From Octopus bimaculoides (lineage: Eukaryota), in contig NC_068988.1 of assembly GCF_001194135.2 (NCBI RefSeq), forward strand, positions 19,996,757 to 20,046,690: DNA of 49,934 bases, written 5' to 3'. A program made the translations under genes and the position numbers. Each line of letters starts with the position of its first letter. The stretch's first letter is position 1. Shown here one piece after another: positions 12,587-25,124 of the stretch. The notes under the pieces are model-generated. The model was not told the origin of the DNA. It saw nothing but the letters and a program-made list of their open reading frames with translations, and did not search any database.

Positions 12587-13640
12587 AAAGCGTCGTTAGG
12601 CGCTGGACGGACGGAAGATAAAGTTGCTTGGGGTCTGGTTCGGACCAGACCTCCAGGTGGGTAAGAAGTAAGACGAGGTGACGTGCATCCAGTCTCACCC
12701 AGAAATTGTCTGAGAGGAAGCTAATACTGAACGGTCGAGCGGACGCGGAGAGTGCGAACATCGCGTCCGTCATCTACTACCGCTTAACCGTTGTTCCTTG
12801 CTCCCGATCGCGCATCGCCAAGTTAGAATGCTTCCTCTTCAAATTCCTGTGGAAGGGACAGGTTCCATTGGTGAGGTGGTCCATCTGCTGCCAGCACCCT
12901 CTACGCGGAGGGCTGGGCATTCCGTGGCTAATGATGCGCAAACCTGCGCTGAGGCTGCGGTATCTCCAGATATTCTGCCTAAACTGTGAACAGATGTGGT
13001 TGTCGTTTGCCAAACAGGCTCTTCCACAGCTCAGGATCAGACCGAGGAGAAGTGTCTGGCATCTGAAATGCTGCCAGGCACTCACAGCCCTCTACTAGTT
13101 GAGTTCTATAGAGGGTTAGTGGAGGGAAAGAGCGATGACGCACTTGGAGAGACGCTAGGCGTTGACGAAATCGAACTAACCAGTCTGTTTAAGAGGACTT
13201 TCGAGCGGGGGACGATGGATAAATTCCAGAAATCCCTTGCTTAGCAGTACTACCGGGTGGAAACTGCTGGTTCGAGATAAAATCTACAGGCACGGTTGTG
13301 CTGTCAGACGGACATGTCCGAGATGTGCGTAGAGCAACGAAACCATTCTGTACGAAACCGTTCTGTACGAAACCGTTCTGTACGTACTCTTCCAGTGTCC
13401 TTGTATTACTGACTTGTGGAGTTATGTTGAACAGCTGTAATCACATGTAGGACAGATCCATACTGAAGATTGATCCGCTGCTTTCCATCGGTCCGGAGAA
13501 GCAGGCAATTTTCCTCTGTCTTAAAAGGACTGAAGACAGACACTTTTCTCTTTGGCCAATCAATGATCAACTGTTTCAAATTACATTTGGAAATGAAGAT
13601 GAGGTTGGAGAGAGAAGTGTTGCCTCCCAGCCAATACATT
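12587..13640 (+). mobile_element. Tx1/L1-clade non-LTR retrotransposon fragment (post-RT region to zf-RVT), decayed
   Basis: ORF 12706-13098 contains ERKLILNGRA, SVIYYRLTVVPC, FLWKGQVPLVRWSICCQHPLRGGLG, resembling the L1/Tx1 region after RT. Downstream VRDKIYRHGCAVRRTCPRCA*SNET..FQCP is a zf-RVT-like motif. GC-richer than the flanks. Confidence 0.85.
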
Positions 13641-13645
13641 TGCTA

Positions 13646-13793
13646 CATTCTGAGTTCAAATTCCGCCGAGTTCGACTTTGCGTTTCATCCTTTCGGAGAC
13701 CATAAAATAAATACCTGTTGAAAACTGAGGTCGATGTAATAGACTCGTCCCCTCCACAAAATGTGCTATCCCTGTGGCAAAATTTGAAGCCAC
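13646..13793 (+). mobile_element. SINE family C, 5'-truncated
   Basis: attctgagttcaaattccgccgagttcgactttgcgtttcatcctttcgg...gtcgatgtaatagac...gtggcaaaatttgaagcca followed by (TAT)n. Confidence 0.85.
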
Positions 13794-13883
<90 letters not shown>

Positions 13884-13890
13884 CATCATT
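13794..13890. repeat. (TAT)n microsatellite
   Basis: Direct inspection. Confidence 0.95.
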
Positions 13891-13940
13891 AAGGCGGCGA
13901 GCTGGCACAGTCATTAGCACGATGGACAAAATGCTAAGGA
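13891..13940 (+). mobile_element. SINE family C, head only
   Basis: aaggcggcgagctggcacagtcattagcacgatggacaaaatgct followed by (TAT)n. Confidence 0.75.
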
Positions 13941-14025
13941 TTATTATTATTATTATTATATTATTATTATTATTATGTACTTTGGTGCTTAAAATATTTG
14001 AAAACATATCATATTTTAATGATTA

Positions 14026-15118
14026 CACTGGTCTGCATTTGGGAATTGTCAGTTGTTTTTCATTTCTATTCTTGGATGTCATGTTCCTGGATGTGGTTTG
14101 CTGATTCTAAATCTCTAAACCATTTTGCTCTGTCACATAAGGATGCTTAATAAAATACAGATTAATGATAATAAAAAAAATGGGTATTTTTAATAAATTA
14201 TTACTTTATTAAAAGCAAGTAATCAAAGAAAAGCACATTCTTTTAATTTTAAGAACGTATGTTTTCCAAATCAACATGAAATGAACCACGTTCATCATGA
14301 AAGGAATCAGAATTATTAACACCAAACCAAATGAATGTAAAAAAAATATGCTCCTAATGGTTAGCCTACATATTGATTCAAAGGAAGGAGGATGGCTTTG
14401 ATTTCCGTTTGTATTGTGCATTGGGACAATCATGTTTCAATGACCAGCTGCAATCCACCATCATGCTGACATTCCATTTGCTCTGGTTTCGAGTTTCCAT
14501 GGTGTAAATGTCTTGATGGAACCGCTCTCCTTGTTGCTCACCGTAGTCGCCACAATTCTTAGGAAAATAGTCAAAATGCGTGTGCCAAAAATGCATCTTC
14601 ACACTCATTCTAGACCCTATCATGTCTTGGATCATTTTTTTTACTCTCTGGGGAGCGGTTGTTTCCCAAGAACTTTCGGACAATCTTCTTGAAGGAAAAC
14701 AGGCATCCACTTTGACACCTGCTAATGCTTCCTGAAAATGCTTGTCTCGCATCAATTCCCGAATCATTTGAAGAATTTCGAATCGTCAATTGTTGGTGGC
14801 TCACAGACTACTTCCATCTCATTAGTATGCCCGCAGACATAGCACAATATATCTGGTGAATTAATGCAACCTCTAGATATATTCACAGACTGAAAATAAA
14901 GAAAAATATATTAGATTTAACATTTAAGTCAATATAAGTTAAACATTTTAATTTATCATTTACTTGTTATAGAAAAAAGAGAAAAGTAACGTCTCCGTAT
15001 ATCTTGACAACCTGATGTGATAGAAATTTTTAAAAAATCACAATGACTCATTATTTTTCATATATATTCAGAAAGAGACAACATACAGTCAATAAAAATA
15101 AAATCATGCAGATCACTG
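14026..15118 (-). mobile_element. Internally deleted Chapaev3-like (CMC superfamily) DNA transposon
   Basis: Left end CACTGGTCTGCAT; right end ATGCAGATCACTG (11/13 inverted match); tta flanks at 14023-14025 and 15119-15121. Minus strand encodes N-terminal SRGCINSPDILCYVCG (from 14880) and C-terminal MSVKMHFWHTHFDYFPKNCGDYGEQQGERFHQDIYTMETRNQSKWNVSMMVDCSWSL (ORF 14378-14767). Confidence 0.8.
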
Positions 15119-16108
15119 TTATTGTTGTTGTCATTGTTGTTGTTGTTGGTGGTGTGTTGTTGGTGTTGGCGGTGGTTAGTCAAGAGCTTTTTGTGGTTGC
15201 ACCAACCTACAATAGGAAAAAATATTCCATTGCTCAACACACCATTTTGTTTTCCAGTACAGGTGCTTTAAGAATAAAATTATCCAGAGTACTGCTCTAA
15301 TATTTAAAACGGTGGGTATGATCTCAGGCTGTCAGGGATATTTCTTGAGTAACAGCATCACCGTTCTTTTATGTTTACTATAAATATGCACACCGAGACA
15401 GCAACGTATCAGTTCTTTCATTGTAAATTCATTCTATACGTTCATACCTAACATAAGTTTTATTCTCAATCGAAACTTATCAGAGAATATTACGTTAAAG
15501 CTTCTTACTTTTTCATAGACTTGTTTCAGCCGATTGCTGTTGAGTAATGTATGAAAGAACAAATTTAGCTGGAATCCAGGTTACAGCTTTGTCAGTAATC
15601 TGGTTTCAGATCTAATCTATTTATTATAACTCTATTCATACGCCACATTGTTAGATTACTTGGTGTTGAAGACTTAGTTACTTTGTTGCCTTTTCATGTG
15701 TCATTTTCAACCAGCAGATTTCTATTCGTATGCCATTAATTTATTTCTTTATTTACTACAATTTTTCACTTATCGAAAGCTCACACATCGTCCTTTCACT
15801 TTAACATGGCTTTTTGTGTTTCTCTTTCCAATTTAACAACGTGGATATATTCTTTCTTATTGTTGCTTTCTCCGTGTGGCTGCTATTCACTCGCTGTTTT
15901 GAAGTTGCATTATACACAAGCATATATGGAAACACACACACNNNNNNNNNNNNNNNNNNNNNNNNNNNNNNNNNNNNNNNNNNNNNNNNNNNNNNNNNNN
16001 NNNNNNNNNNNNNNNNNNNNNNNNNNNNNNNNNNNNNNNNNNNNNNNNNNNNNNNNNNNNNNNNNNNNNNNNNNNNNNNNNNNNNNNNNNNNNNNNNNNN
16101 NNNNNNNN

Positions 16109-16170
<62 letters not shown>
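16109..16170. repeat. (TG)n microsatellite bordering a gap
   Basis: Direct inspection. Confidence 0.95.
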
Positions 16171-16174
<4 letters not shown>

Positions 16175-16876
16175 AGATACATATATATATATATAGATAT
16201 AGATATATATAGATGCATGCGTGCATGTAGACATGCCTGTGTACACATAGGCATGCATTCAAAAGTTAATTTTTGTTGCATGAAACAGGAGGACAGGACT
16301 TAAGTATATCATAGTGTGTACACCATATTTACAATTACTTCGTCTCTCACGATTCACCTTTCATAACCTCGCATATATAAATCCTCAAGAATTTTACAAC
16401 TATATGCATGGCTACGCGCACACATAAACGTATGCAAATCTATATACACATAAATTTTAGTTGGCTGAGATTAATGTTAAAGGTGTGTGATAATCTCACC
16501 TACACTACCATTGAGATAGACAATGAAATTTTAGGTTTTGGAAGACTAAATTCATTTAAGTTGTTTTAGTAAATGAATGAGATTGTGTTAAAATTGACAT
16601 TTTACATAATACTTAAAACCAAATTGTTTTGGAATTTAGTCATATGACATTTTCTAATAAAGGGTGTATGTGAGTGTATTGCCAACATTATTTTTCTTTG
16701 TGGTTGGGTCGTTGATGACCTCTTTCTAGCATATTGGATATCCACCTAGTGGTCATCGTTTATACACATGTAATACAATTTTTCTGAATTTTCAGATTTT
16801 TTAATATGTTAAGCCACTTGGTTTTAAATTGAATTAATATTCAATTTATCACCTTATCTGTATATATATATATATA

Positions 16877-17102
16877 TACTCTTTTACTCGTTTACTTGTC
16901 TCAGTCATTTGACTGCGGCCATGCTGGAGCACCGCCTTTATAGTCGAGCAAATCGACACCAGAGTCTATTCTTTGTAAACCTTGTACTTAATCTATCGGT
17001 AAATTTTGCCGAACCGTTAAGTTACGGGGGGACGTAAACACACCAGAATCGGTTGTCAAGCGATGCTGGGGGGGGGACAAACAGACACACAAACATATAC
17101 AC

Positions 17103-17159
<57 letters not shown>

Positions 17160-17323
17160 CGACGGGCTTCTTCCAGTTTCCGTCTACCAGATCCACTCAC
17201 AAAGCTTTGGTTGGGTCGAGGCTATAGCCGAAGACACTTGCCCAAGATGCCACGTAGTCCGGACTGAACCCAGGACCATGGGGTTGGTAAGCAAGCTACT
17301 TACCACACACCCACTCCTGCGCC
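16877..17323 (-). mobile_element. tRNA-derived SINE, family A, full length, with expanded internal (TA)n
   Basis: Colinear with 9182-9585; (TA)n on both sides. Confidence 0.92.
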
Positions 17324-17671
17324 TATATATATATATATATGTTTGTTTGTGTGTGTGTGTGTGTGTGTTTAAGTGTGTGTCTGTGTGTGTGTGTGTGTAC
17401 GAGCGTGTGTATGACAGTGTGACATTTACTGCTTATGTGCCGGTGCATATTAGGCCATGGACCTATACGTTATTTTGTGCTCATATATATTAATTTACGG
17501 GCCTAATCCCCGAAATGTATGTTGAGTTGTGTTCCTGAATAAAGCATATCATTTCACGTAACGCACGTCTACTCATCTAAGTAATGCTACAGCTTACTCT
17601 CCCTCATGATTTAACTCTCTGAATGTTTCAATCTCTACTGTTTTTAAGGTTTTTGAGTGTGTGTGTACAGA

Positions 17672-17720
17672 ATGGTTGCAGTCAAATGACTGAAACAAGT
17701 AAAAGAGTAAAAGAATAAAA
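17672..17720 (+). mobile_element. SINE family A 3' tail fragment
   Basis: tggttgcagtcaaatgactgaaacaagtaaaagagtaaaagaataaaa. Confidence 0.75.
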
Positions 17721-18609
17721 TAATATCGGAATATTCTGTAGAAATTATTGCCAGCAACATTATTATTATAAATATTACCGTTGCTGATGTATTTGCGGTT
17801 GTAAATTTTTAAATGCTACACCGACGGTTTCAATCTATTTTCATAAACATCTATGGTTTCTCCATTCCTTCTTGCTTGTAAATGAAATTATTGTACTTGT
17901 TTTTGTTGCCAAGCTTTTTATTTCGTTATGAACACTTACATAATTTTTTCTTTGTATAAATGTGATGGAAAATGACAAGAGTATTGCAAGCGAAATTGGA
18001 AACTTTATTATATTTAATTCAGGTCTTTGCTTTATAGAATTCTATTTTATAGCTTTCAACTACTACATTATATTTCTATGTCGAATAAAAATAACATTAA
18101 CATTATAAAACTCTTGTTATTATTATTCCACTTAATTACAACTACAAAACTGTCCGTTCCCTGAGGACAGAAAAAATTGTTCCTGAATTTATATCTAATA
18201 TTCTTGTAGTTATTGTTTACCATTGTGCTTACTTGCACACGAGCATAAGTAGGGGGCTTGTACCATGCTTTCGTTAAACGTTTTAGGTTTCTATGCAATC
18301 AAAAGTACATAGAGATAGCATTTTAAACTTCACTGTTATTGAAGCTGTGAGTGCTGGAGAGAAAGAGGGGGGAGTGAGACTCTGTGTGTCTATCTGAAAG
18401 AGAGAGTAAGATACTGAAAGACAGAGACAGACAGACAGATAAACAGATGCAATATGCCTTGGTCGGTACTCATTCCAGCTGAAAATGCTAAATCAAGGAG
18501 CGAGGAAAAGTATTCATGAGAAAATAACTTTGCTAATATCACTCCTATAATACCGCCACATATGTCAATTCAAAATCGGAGAGATAGATATATGGAGATG
18601 AAGAAGAAT

Positions 18610-18612
<3 letters not shown>

Positions 18613-18681
<69 letters not shown>
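18613..18681. repeat. (GA)n microsatellite
   Basis: Direct inspection. Confidence 0.95.
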
Positions 18682-18684
<3 letters not shown>

Positions 18685-20452
18685 TGAATTCGCATTGGAT
18701 TCTATAGATTATTGAATCATAATGCTCTGTAGGAAAGAAAACTGAACGTGGTTTGAACTTGAGACTTGTAACTTGCTCCCAATCCAGAGATCCATTCTTT
18801 CAGTCAATTCCATCAGCTTTCATTTAACTATTGTTCGCGTTATTATAACTGTTATTATTATTAATGCTGTTCAAGCAGTTGTCGTTTTTTTATAGATGTT
18901 GTTATTGTTTATAATTTTGTTTCATCAATTATTGTTTTCATTTTTATTGTGTTTCAATCGTTAACTCTAAGGTTTCAGCAATAATTAAGATAACATTACA
19001 TATTTTTTTTGTTTTTTGTTTTTTTTTCCAACTTGTTGTTTTCTTTTATCTCATTTTTTTTCTCATCATTATAATGGAATATTTTCATTGCAGAAATTCT
19101 AAAGATTCCATAATGCCAAAAAAAAAAAAGGAATAAAAAGATAAATGAATATAAAAATTACAAAAAATCCTATCAATTACATTCCACAATTAATTCAAAA
19201 GGAAGAAGCTGGCTTTCATAGTAATCTTCATTTGTCATCAATCAATAATAATCACAGCCATACACATAATTTCCCTGAAATGAAATATCACTGTATACAA
19301 GGTTTAAAGAATATAAGAAACACATTTTCACAATCTCTGTGAAATTTCGTTTACTGTAGTAGTATTGGTGGAATGCTTCATAACCGTCAGATTGCGAAAC
19401 TAAATGAGTAATATTTTATCTGTTTATCTATCATTCCGACACGCATAAACACCCATTTATATGAAAACCACACTCACATACATACATACATAAACACAAA
19501 TGCACACATATACATACACACACAGGGAGAAACTCACTCATATACATAAAGCTGGGATGAAACTAACGTGTGGTAAGTAATATAAAAAGGAAAGAATAAA
19601 TACGACAATTACATAAGAGAAGAAAAAATAAGGTTAATGTTTGGTCTGTCTGAGTTATCGGTAGATACTTCGCGAGGCTGTGTAGTATCTGTAATCCGAG
19701 TGACTCACTGATTTCTTTGCTAGATTGATGCATTCACATCTATGTATAGATCTACGAAAGACATTGATCTGATGCCATTTCACCATTTCAAATCGTTATG
19801 TTGTGTATCAACAAAACGTGTTTTTATTTTAATATTGAGCTGCCACCTATTGCCGAATAATTTTTATCTTGTTTGTTTTTCCGTGAGGACATTTCGTATG
19901 TATGTATTGTCAAGATCATGAAAGGAAAGAACTGCTTGACTTTTAGAAACCAACAGTATTGTGTCTATGACATTTTCATCCAGAATATTGACTTACACTA
20001 TTCTTATTTGAAAGATGTAAACTTCAAAAGTATATTGATTTCAAATGGTTATTTTGTTTTGTAAGAGAGGACATAGAATAATCGTTAGCATAAGAAGCAT
20101 GAAATATACTTTAGGTGTAAGAAAATCTTCAGAACGACCTTTTCTTGCGAGTGTCATTTATGAAGATGGAAAGATGGAATTTTGTACCTTTAGGGTTATT
20201 GCAGCGAGGGTGTGTGTTCACACGCATACAAATTTCGTCACAGAGACGACAAGCTGATAATTTATTCCTTTAACTCTGAGAATCTGTTGCTATTTCTCTC
20301 CGGATCTATGAGTGTTATGTGTGCATAAATAATGCCAGAAAGTTTGTTACATAAATATGCATATAAATACGCATGTTTGTGCGCGAGCCAGAGTGTGTGT
20401 GTGTGCATGCGTGTGTTTGTGTGTGCGTGTGTGTGCATGTGTGTGTATATGA

Positions 20453-20496
<44 letters not shown>

Positions 20497-20624
20497 GTAT
20501 ACATACATTTGTACACATACAAACATATGCACACACACATATACATGTGTATAGGCATGTTGAACCATACAGGAAAAGTAGATCTCAAAATATGAGTATA
20601 TTCACATATTTTATTAATATTTAG

Positions 20625-20652
20625 CAGAACCAACAGAGGAGTAACTCAAGCG
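20625..20652 (+). other. Weak candidate micro-exon with NAGNAG acceptor
   Basis: ttttattaatatttag|CAG|AACCAACAGAGGAGTAACTCAAGCG|gtaaga. Confidence 0.15.
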
Positions 20653-20801
20653 GTAAGAGTTTTGTGCATTGGCACTTATGAAGCTCTTTCACGCTCTCTT
20701 TTTCTATATATATGAGTGCGTGTGTGTGTGCGTGTGTGTGCATACACACATATATACATACATATCTATAAATAAATGTATAAATATATGTACACACACG
20801 T

Positions 20802-20863
<62 letters not shown>

Positions 20864-21354
20864 CTATCTATCCATGCCTTTTCTCACTTTCGCCCACCCT
20901 CTCGCTCTCTGCATATATACAAATATGTGTCTGTGTGTGAGTGTATGCATGTATGTATGCATGTATGTATATGAACATGCTCACATATCGAACAGTGATT
21001 ATTGAGCTCTCATATCGATCTACACCCAGTGGTCCATGCTTTGATAAACGATGGTAAAGACGTGAGAATCCAAGGTTTAAATTGGCTAATTTTCAAGATT
21101 TGTGATACAGAATTGGGAGCAAATCCATGCATACAGATGCCAAACGTACGTCACAATATCGAATACTTTTTAAAACCATAATGGTATAATTGGTTTCGAC
21201 TCGCCTATGGCCAAGGCCAGAAAGGACGGTGGGCAGCAATTTGGAAGTGAAGTTGTAAATTTGTTTCTCGTTTATGAGAAAGAAAGGAATACAAACATAT
21301 GAACGTACGAACAGTAGTTCAATCGAAACCAATGGTAATATATAAACGGATAAG

Positions 21355-21545
21355 AAGGCGGCGTGATGCCAGACTCGTTAACATTTCTTCCCACCTTTAC
21401 GTTATGAGTTCAAATTTCGCCAAGGTTGACTTTGCCGCTCATTCTTTCGGGTCGATAAAATAATTACCACTTAAGCATAACAATCGATGTAATCGACTAG
21501 TCCTCTCCTCCAAAATTATTGGTCTTGAGCCAAAATTTGAAACCA
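21355..21545 (+). mobile_element. SINE family C, diverged
   Basis: aaggcggcg head...gagttcaaatttcgcc...gccaaaatttgaaacca tail. Confidence 0.85.
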
Positions 21546-21637
21546 GTATATATAAAGAAAAAGGAAATAAAAAACATGGAGATAACATTGTTTTCTACTC
21601 TAGGCCGGAAATTTTGGGGGTGGAAGTCAGTCGATTA

Positions 21638-21867
21638 GGGCTGGTCTTGTCATACAATGTGTTACGCTGAATCTCCCGAGAACTACTTTAAGGGTGAGAG
21701 AGCTGTGGTGAAAGAATACAGCAGGGTTCGCCACCACTCCCTGCTGGGAGCTTCGTGGAGCTTTAGGTGTTTTCGTTCAAAACCACTCACAATGCCCGAT
21801 CTGGGAACCGAAACCGCGATTCTATGACCGCAAGTCCGCTGCCGTAACCACTGGGCCATGGTGCCTC
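21638..21867 (-). mobile_element. SINE family B with an inverted internal segment
   Basis: 21694-21867 is the head and body on the minus strand; 21638-21695 is a tail segment (gggctggtcttgtca...gagaactactttaagggt) on the plus strand. Confidence 0.8.
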
Positions 21868-22419
21868 GACATCTGTAAATATATATATATATCTACAGAG
21901 AGCGTTGTTACATCTTGTCTCTCAAGTTTCCGCTCTTAGTTTTCAAAACAAGAGACAAAAGCTAAAAAAAATGTTCTTAACTCTGTTACATTGTAAAATA
22001 TACGTAATTATCTATCAAACAAGTTCTTCACCCCCNNNNNNNNNNNNNNNNNNNNNNNNNNNNNNNNNNNNNNNNNNNNNNNNNNNNNNNNNNNNNNNNN
22101 NNNNNNNNNNNNNNNNNNNNNNNNNNNNNNNNNNNNNNNNNNNNNNNNNNNNNNNNNNNNNNNNNNNNNNNNNNNNNNNNNNNNNNNNNNNNNNNNNNNN
22201 NNNNNNNNNNNNNNNNNNNNNNNNNNNNNNNNNNNNNNNNNNNNNNNNNNNNNNNNNNNNNNNNNNNNNNNNNNNNNNNNNNNNNNNNNNNNNNNNNNNN
22301 NNNNNNNNNNNNNNNNNNNNNNNNNNNNNNNNNNNNNNNNNNNNNNNNNNNNNNNNNNNNNNNNNNNNNNNNNNNNNNNNNNNNNNNNNNNNNNNNNNNN
22401 NNNNNNNNNNNNNNNNNNN

Positions 22420-22460
<41 letters not shown>

Positions 22461-22743
22461 CAGAAAGAATGGACTTATACGGTCATGATGTTTGATGGAA
22501 AAATTGGTGAACTACTGTTGTTGGTTACATTCAACCATCATCTTACTATTCTCTCATGGTATATTAGAGGTGTTAGGATTGTAATTTGGTTCAGATGCAA
22601 TATTACAAAGTGTCTGTTTTAATACAACATCAGTGTTACGTTTCTTTTACTGCTGTTTCGATCCTTCAATGATGTACATCAGTGAAAGTTTCCAGCCATA
22701 GAATAGATGAAACTTCAAGCACCCGTGCATACACACATTATAC

Positions 22744-22777
<34 letters not shown>

Positions 22778-24220
22778 AGAGCCACACTGATAGAGAGAGC
22801 ATGTACGCGCGCGTGCACGTGTGTGCCTGCGGGTGTAGAAATGTGTATGAAGGGACGTTTAGTGATGAAATATCTCTTGTTGAATACCAAGTATTTTTGT
22901 AATTCTCCTGTTTTCTCTGCTGTTTGTACACTTTGCTCAATCTTCTTCGTCAGTGTCTTTCATCCTTTCTCATCTTAACACACACACATGTATATGCTTC
23001 ATATCGCATCATCATTCCTCACCTCCCCTCTCTTCATATTATGGCCTCCCTAGCATTTAAACATGAAATTATGATACATTAAGTCAGTTGTTGTTGCTTC
23101 CAACAATAATAGCTCTTTACTCATTTTTCATGTTTTTTTTTTTTGTTTTCCATATTTCTGCTTACCGTTTTTTCTATTGTTGCTGCTATTGCTGTTGTTA
23201 CTACGATAATTTTTCCATTTGTTTACTGGTGTTATTCCATTTATTTTCTAGTGTTTATTGATATTGGTGTTATTCCTATTAATTTAGCTGCTGTTTATTT
23301 TGGTTCTTCTTTTCTATTCATTTTCTTTTTCAAATTCTACTGTTTTAACCTCAAGAATTATGAATTAATCATTTGCTCTCTTTTTATATGTTCTGTATTT
23401 TTTTTTTCAGCATATGTCGTCTGTCCGTTTTTTCTTTAGCCTTTTTGTATTTTATTCTCAATGCTGGGTTTACTTCTTTCGTTATTTTTTTTTCTGCGTG
23501 TCTCTTTCAAAATTCAGTCTTTAGCCATTACTTCTGTCTTACTGTTCTTGGATTTTCATGCTTGTTTCTAGTTCTTTCTATATTCTACCGAAGTCCTATT
23601 TCCGTGTTCATTTCCTTCCTTACTTTTTATCTTTCATACAAAATATTTCAGTTTTAAATTCTTTCTTTCATAAGCTGATTTTTTAAACAAAGTCGTCCGC
23701 ATTTCAGTTCCTTATTCATTATATTCTTTCTACTTTTATTTTTTTCCTTTATTTGTATTTATTTTCTCCCTCGGTGTTTATCGTTTTTCTTTTTTATTTA
23801 TGCAATTTCTTTCTCTTTCTGGTCATTAACTTTCTTTCAAATGTTCTTTCAGTTGTTCTTTCATTTTACTCATTCCTTCTAAATTTTCATCATCTCATTC
23901 ACGACTTCAGTCCTATAGATTTTAAACGAGATTATAGTATTCCTGTAAAAATTTAAAATTAAAATGTAATATTTTATAATTATACTTCGGCTTATGATTG
24001 ACTTAAATAATAATTAACAATTAACTATTAGAAATCTAATGTATGTCTTTATAACCGTTAACTAATACAATATATAATCGTCTATCGATTTAAAAAAAAA
24101 TAATCATTCCTTAAAATCCATGTTATGGAGTTTTTTTTTTTTAATGATACTATTTATTCAATTAACTCTCATTCAATTGATGGCTAACAGAAAGAATGAC
24201 AATCAACTAGATACATATTA

Positions 24221-24263
<43 letters not shown>

Positions 24264-25124
24264 NNNNNNNNNNNNNNNNNNNNNNNNNNNNNNNNNNNNN
24301 NNNNNNNNNNNNNNNNNNNNNNNNNNNNNNNNNNNNNNNNNNNNNNNNNNNNNNNNNNNNNNNNNNNNNNNNNNNNNNNNNNNNNNNNNNNNNNNNNNNN
24401 NNNNNNNNNNNNNNNNNNNNNNNNNNNNNNNNNNNNNNNNNNNNNNNNNNNNNNNNNNNNNNNNNNNNNNNNNNNNNNNNNNNNNNNNNNNNNNNNNNNN
24501 NNNNNNNNNNNNNNNNNNNNNNNNNNNNNNNNNNNNNNNNNNNNNNNNNNNNNNNNNNNNNNNNNNNNNNNNNNNNNNNNNNNNNNNNNNNNNNNNNNNN
24601 NNNNNNNNNNNNNNNNNNNNNNNNNNNNNNNNNNNNNNNNNNNNNNNNNNNNNNNNNNNNNNNNNNNNNNNNNNNNNNNNNNNNNNNNNNNNNNNNNNNN
24701 NNNNNNNNNNNNNNNNNNNNNNNNNNNNNNNNNNNNNNNTATATATATATATATATATATAATGAGGATATCTGTTCTCTCTTTATCGAGAAATACCGTC
24801 AGTGAAATTGCCGGTGCAAAATGCAAGCAAAGCTTGTGCATGAAATTAATGCACCGGCAGTCGACTTCACCCGAGAGTGACTTTTGTTTTCGTATCCATA
24901 AAGCGCTTAGCTTTATTTATGACTCATCGGTCTCCAACGTCGGAGGTCATATAACCACTCTTCAAATTGGAGGCAGAAAACCGTTACGGTTAATTCATTT
25001 TTTTTCTCTCTGTAATTTCAGCTCAGAGCTTCGGCCATGCTGATGCACTGCCGTTATTCTTTGTAAACAAAGAATGTTGTTTGGCCTTTAAACAGGTCAA
25101 ATTAACTCCCTTAGGCCGATCTGG

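Noticed and set aside
18990-19160. T-rich followed by A-rich block suggesting a fold-back
   Set aside because: Complementarity is mostly homopolymer, with no specific long stem.
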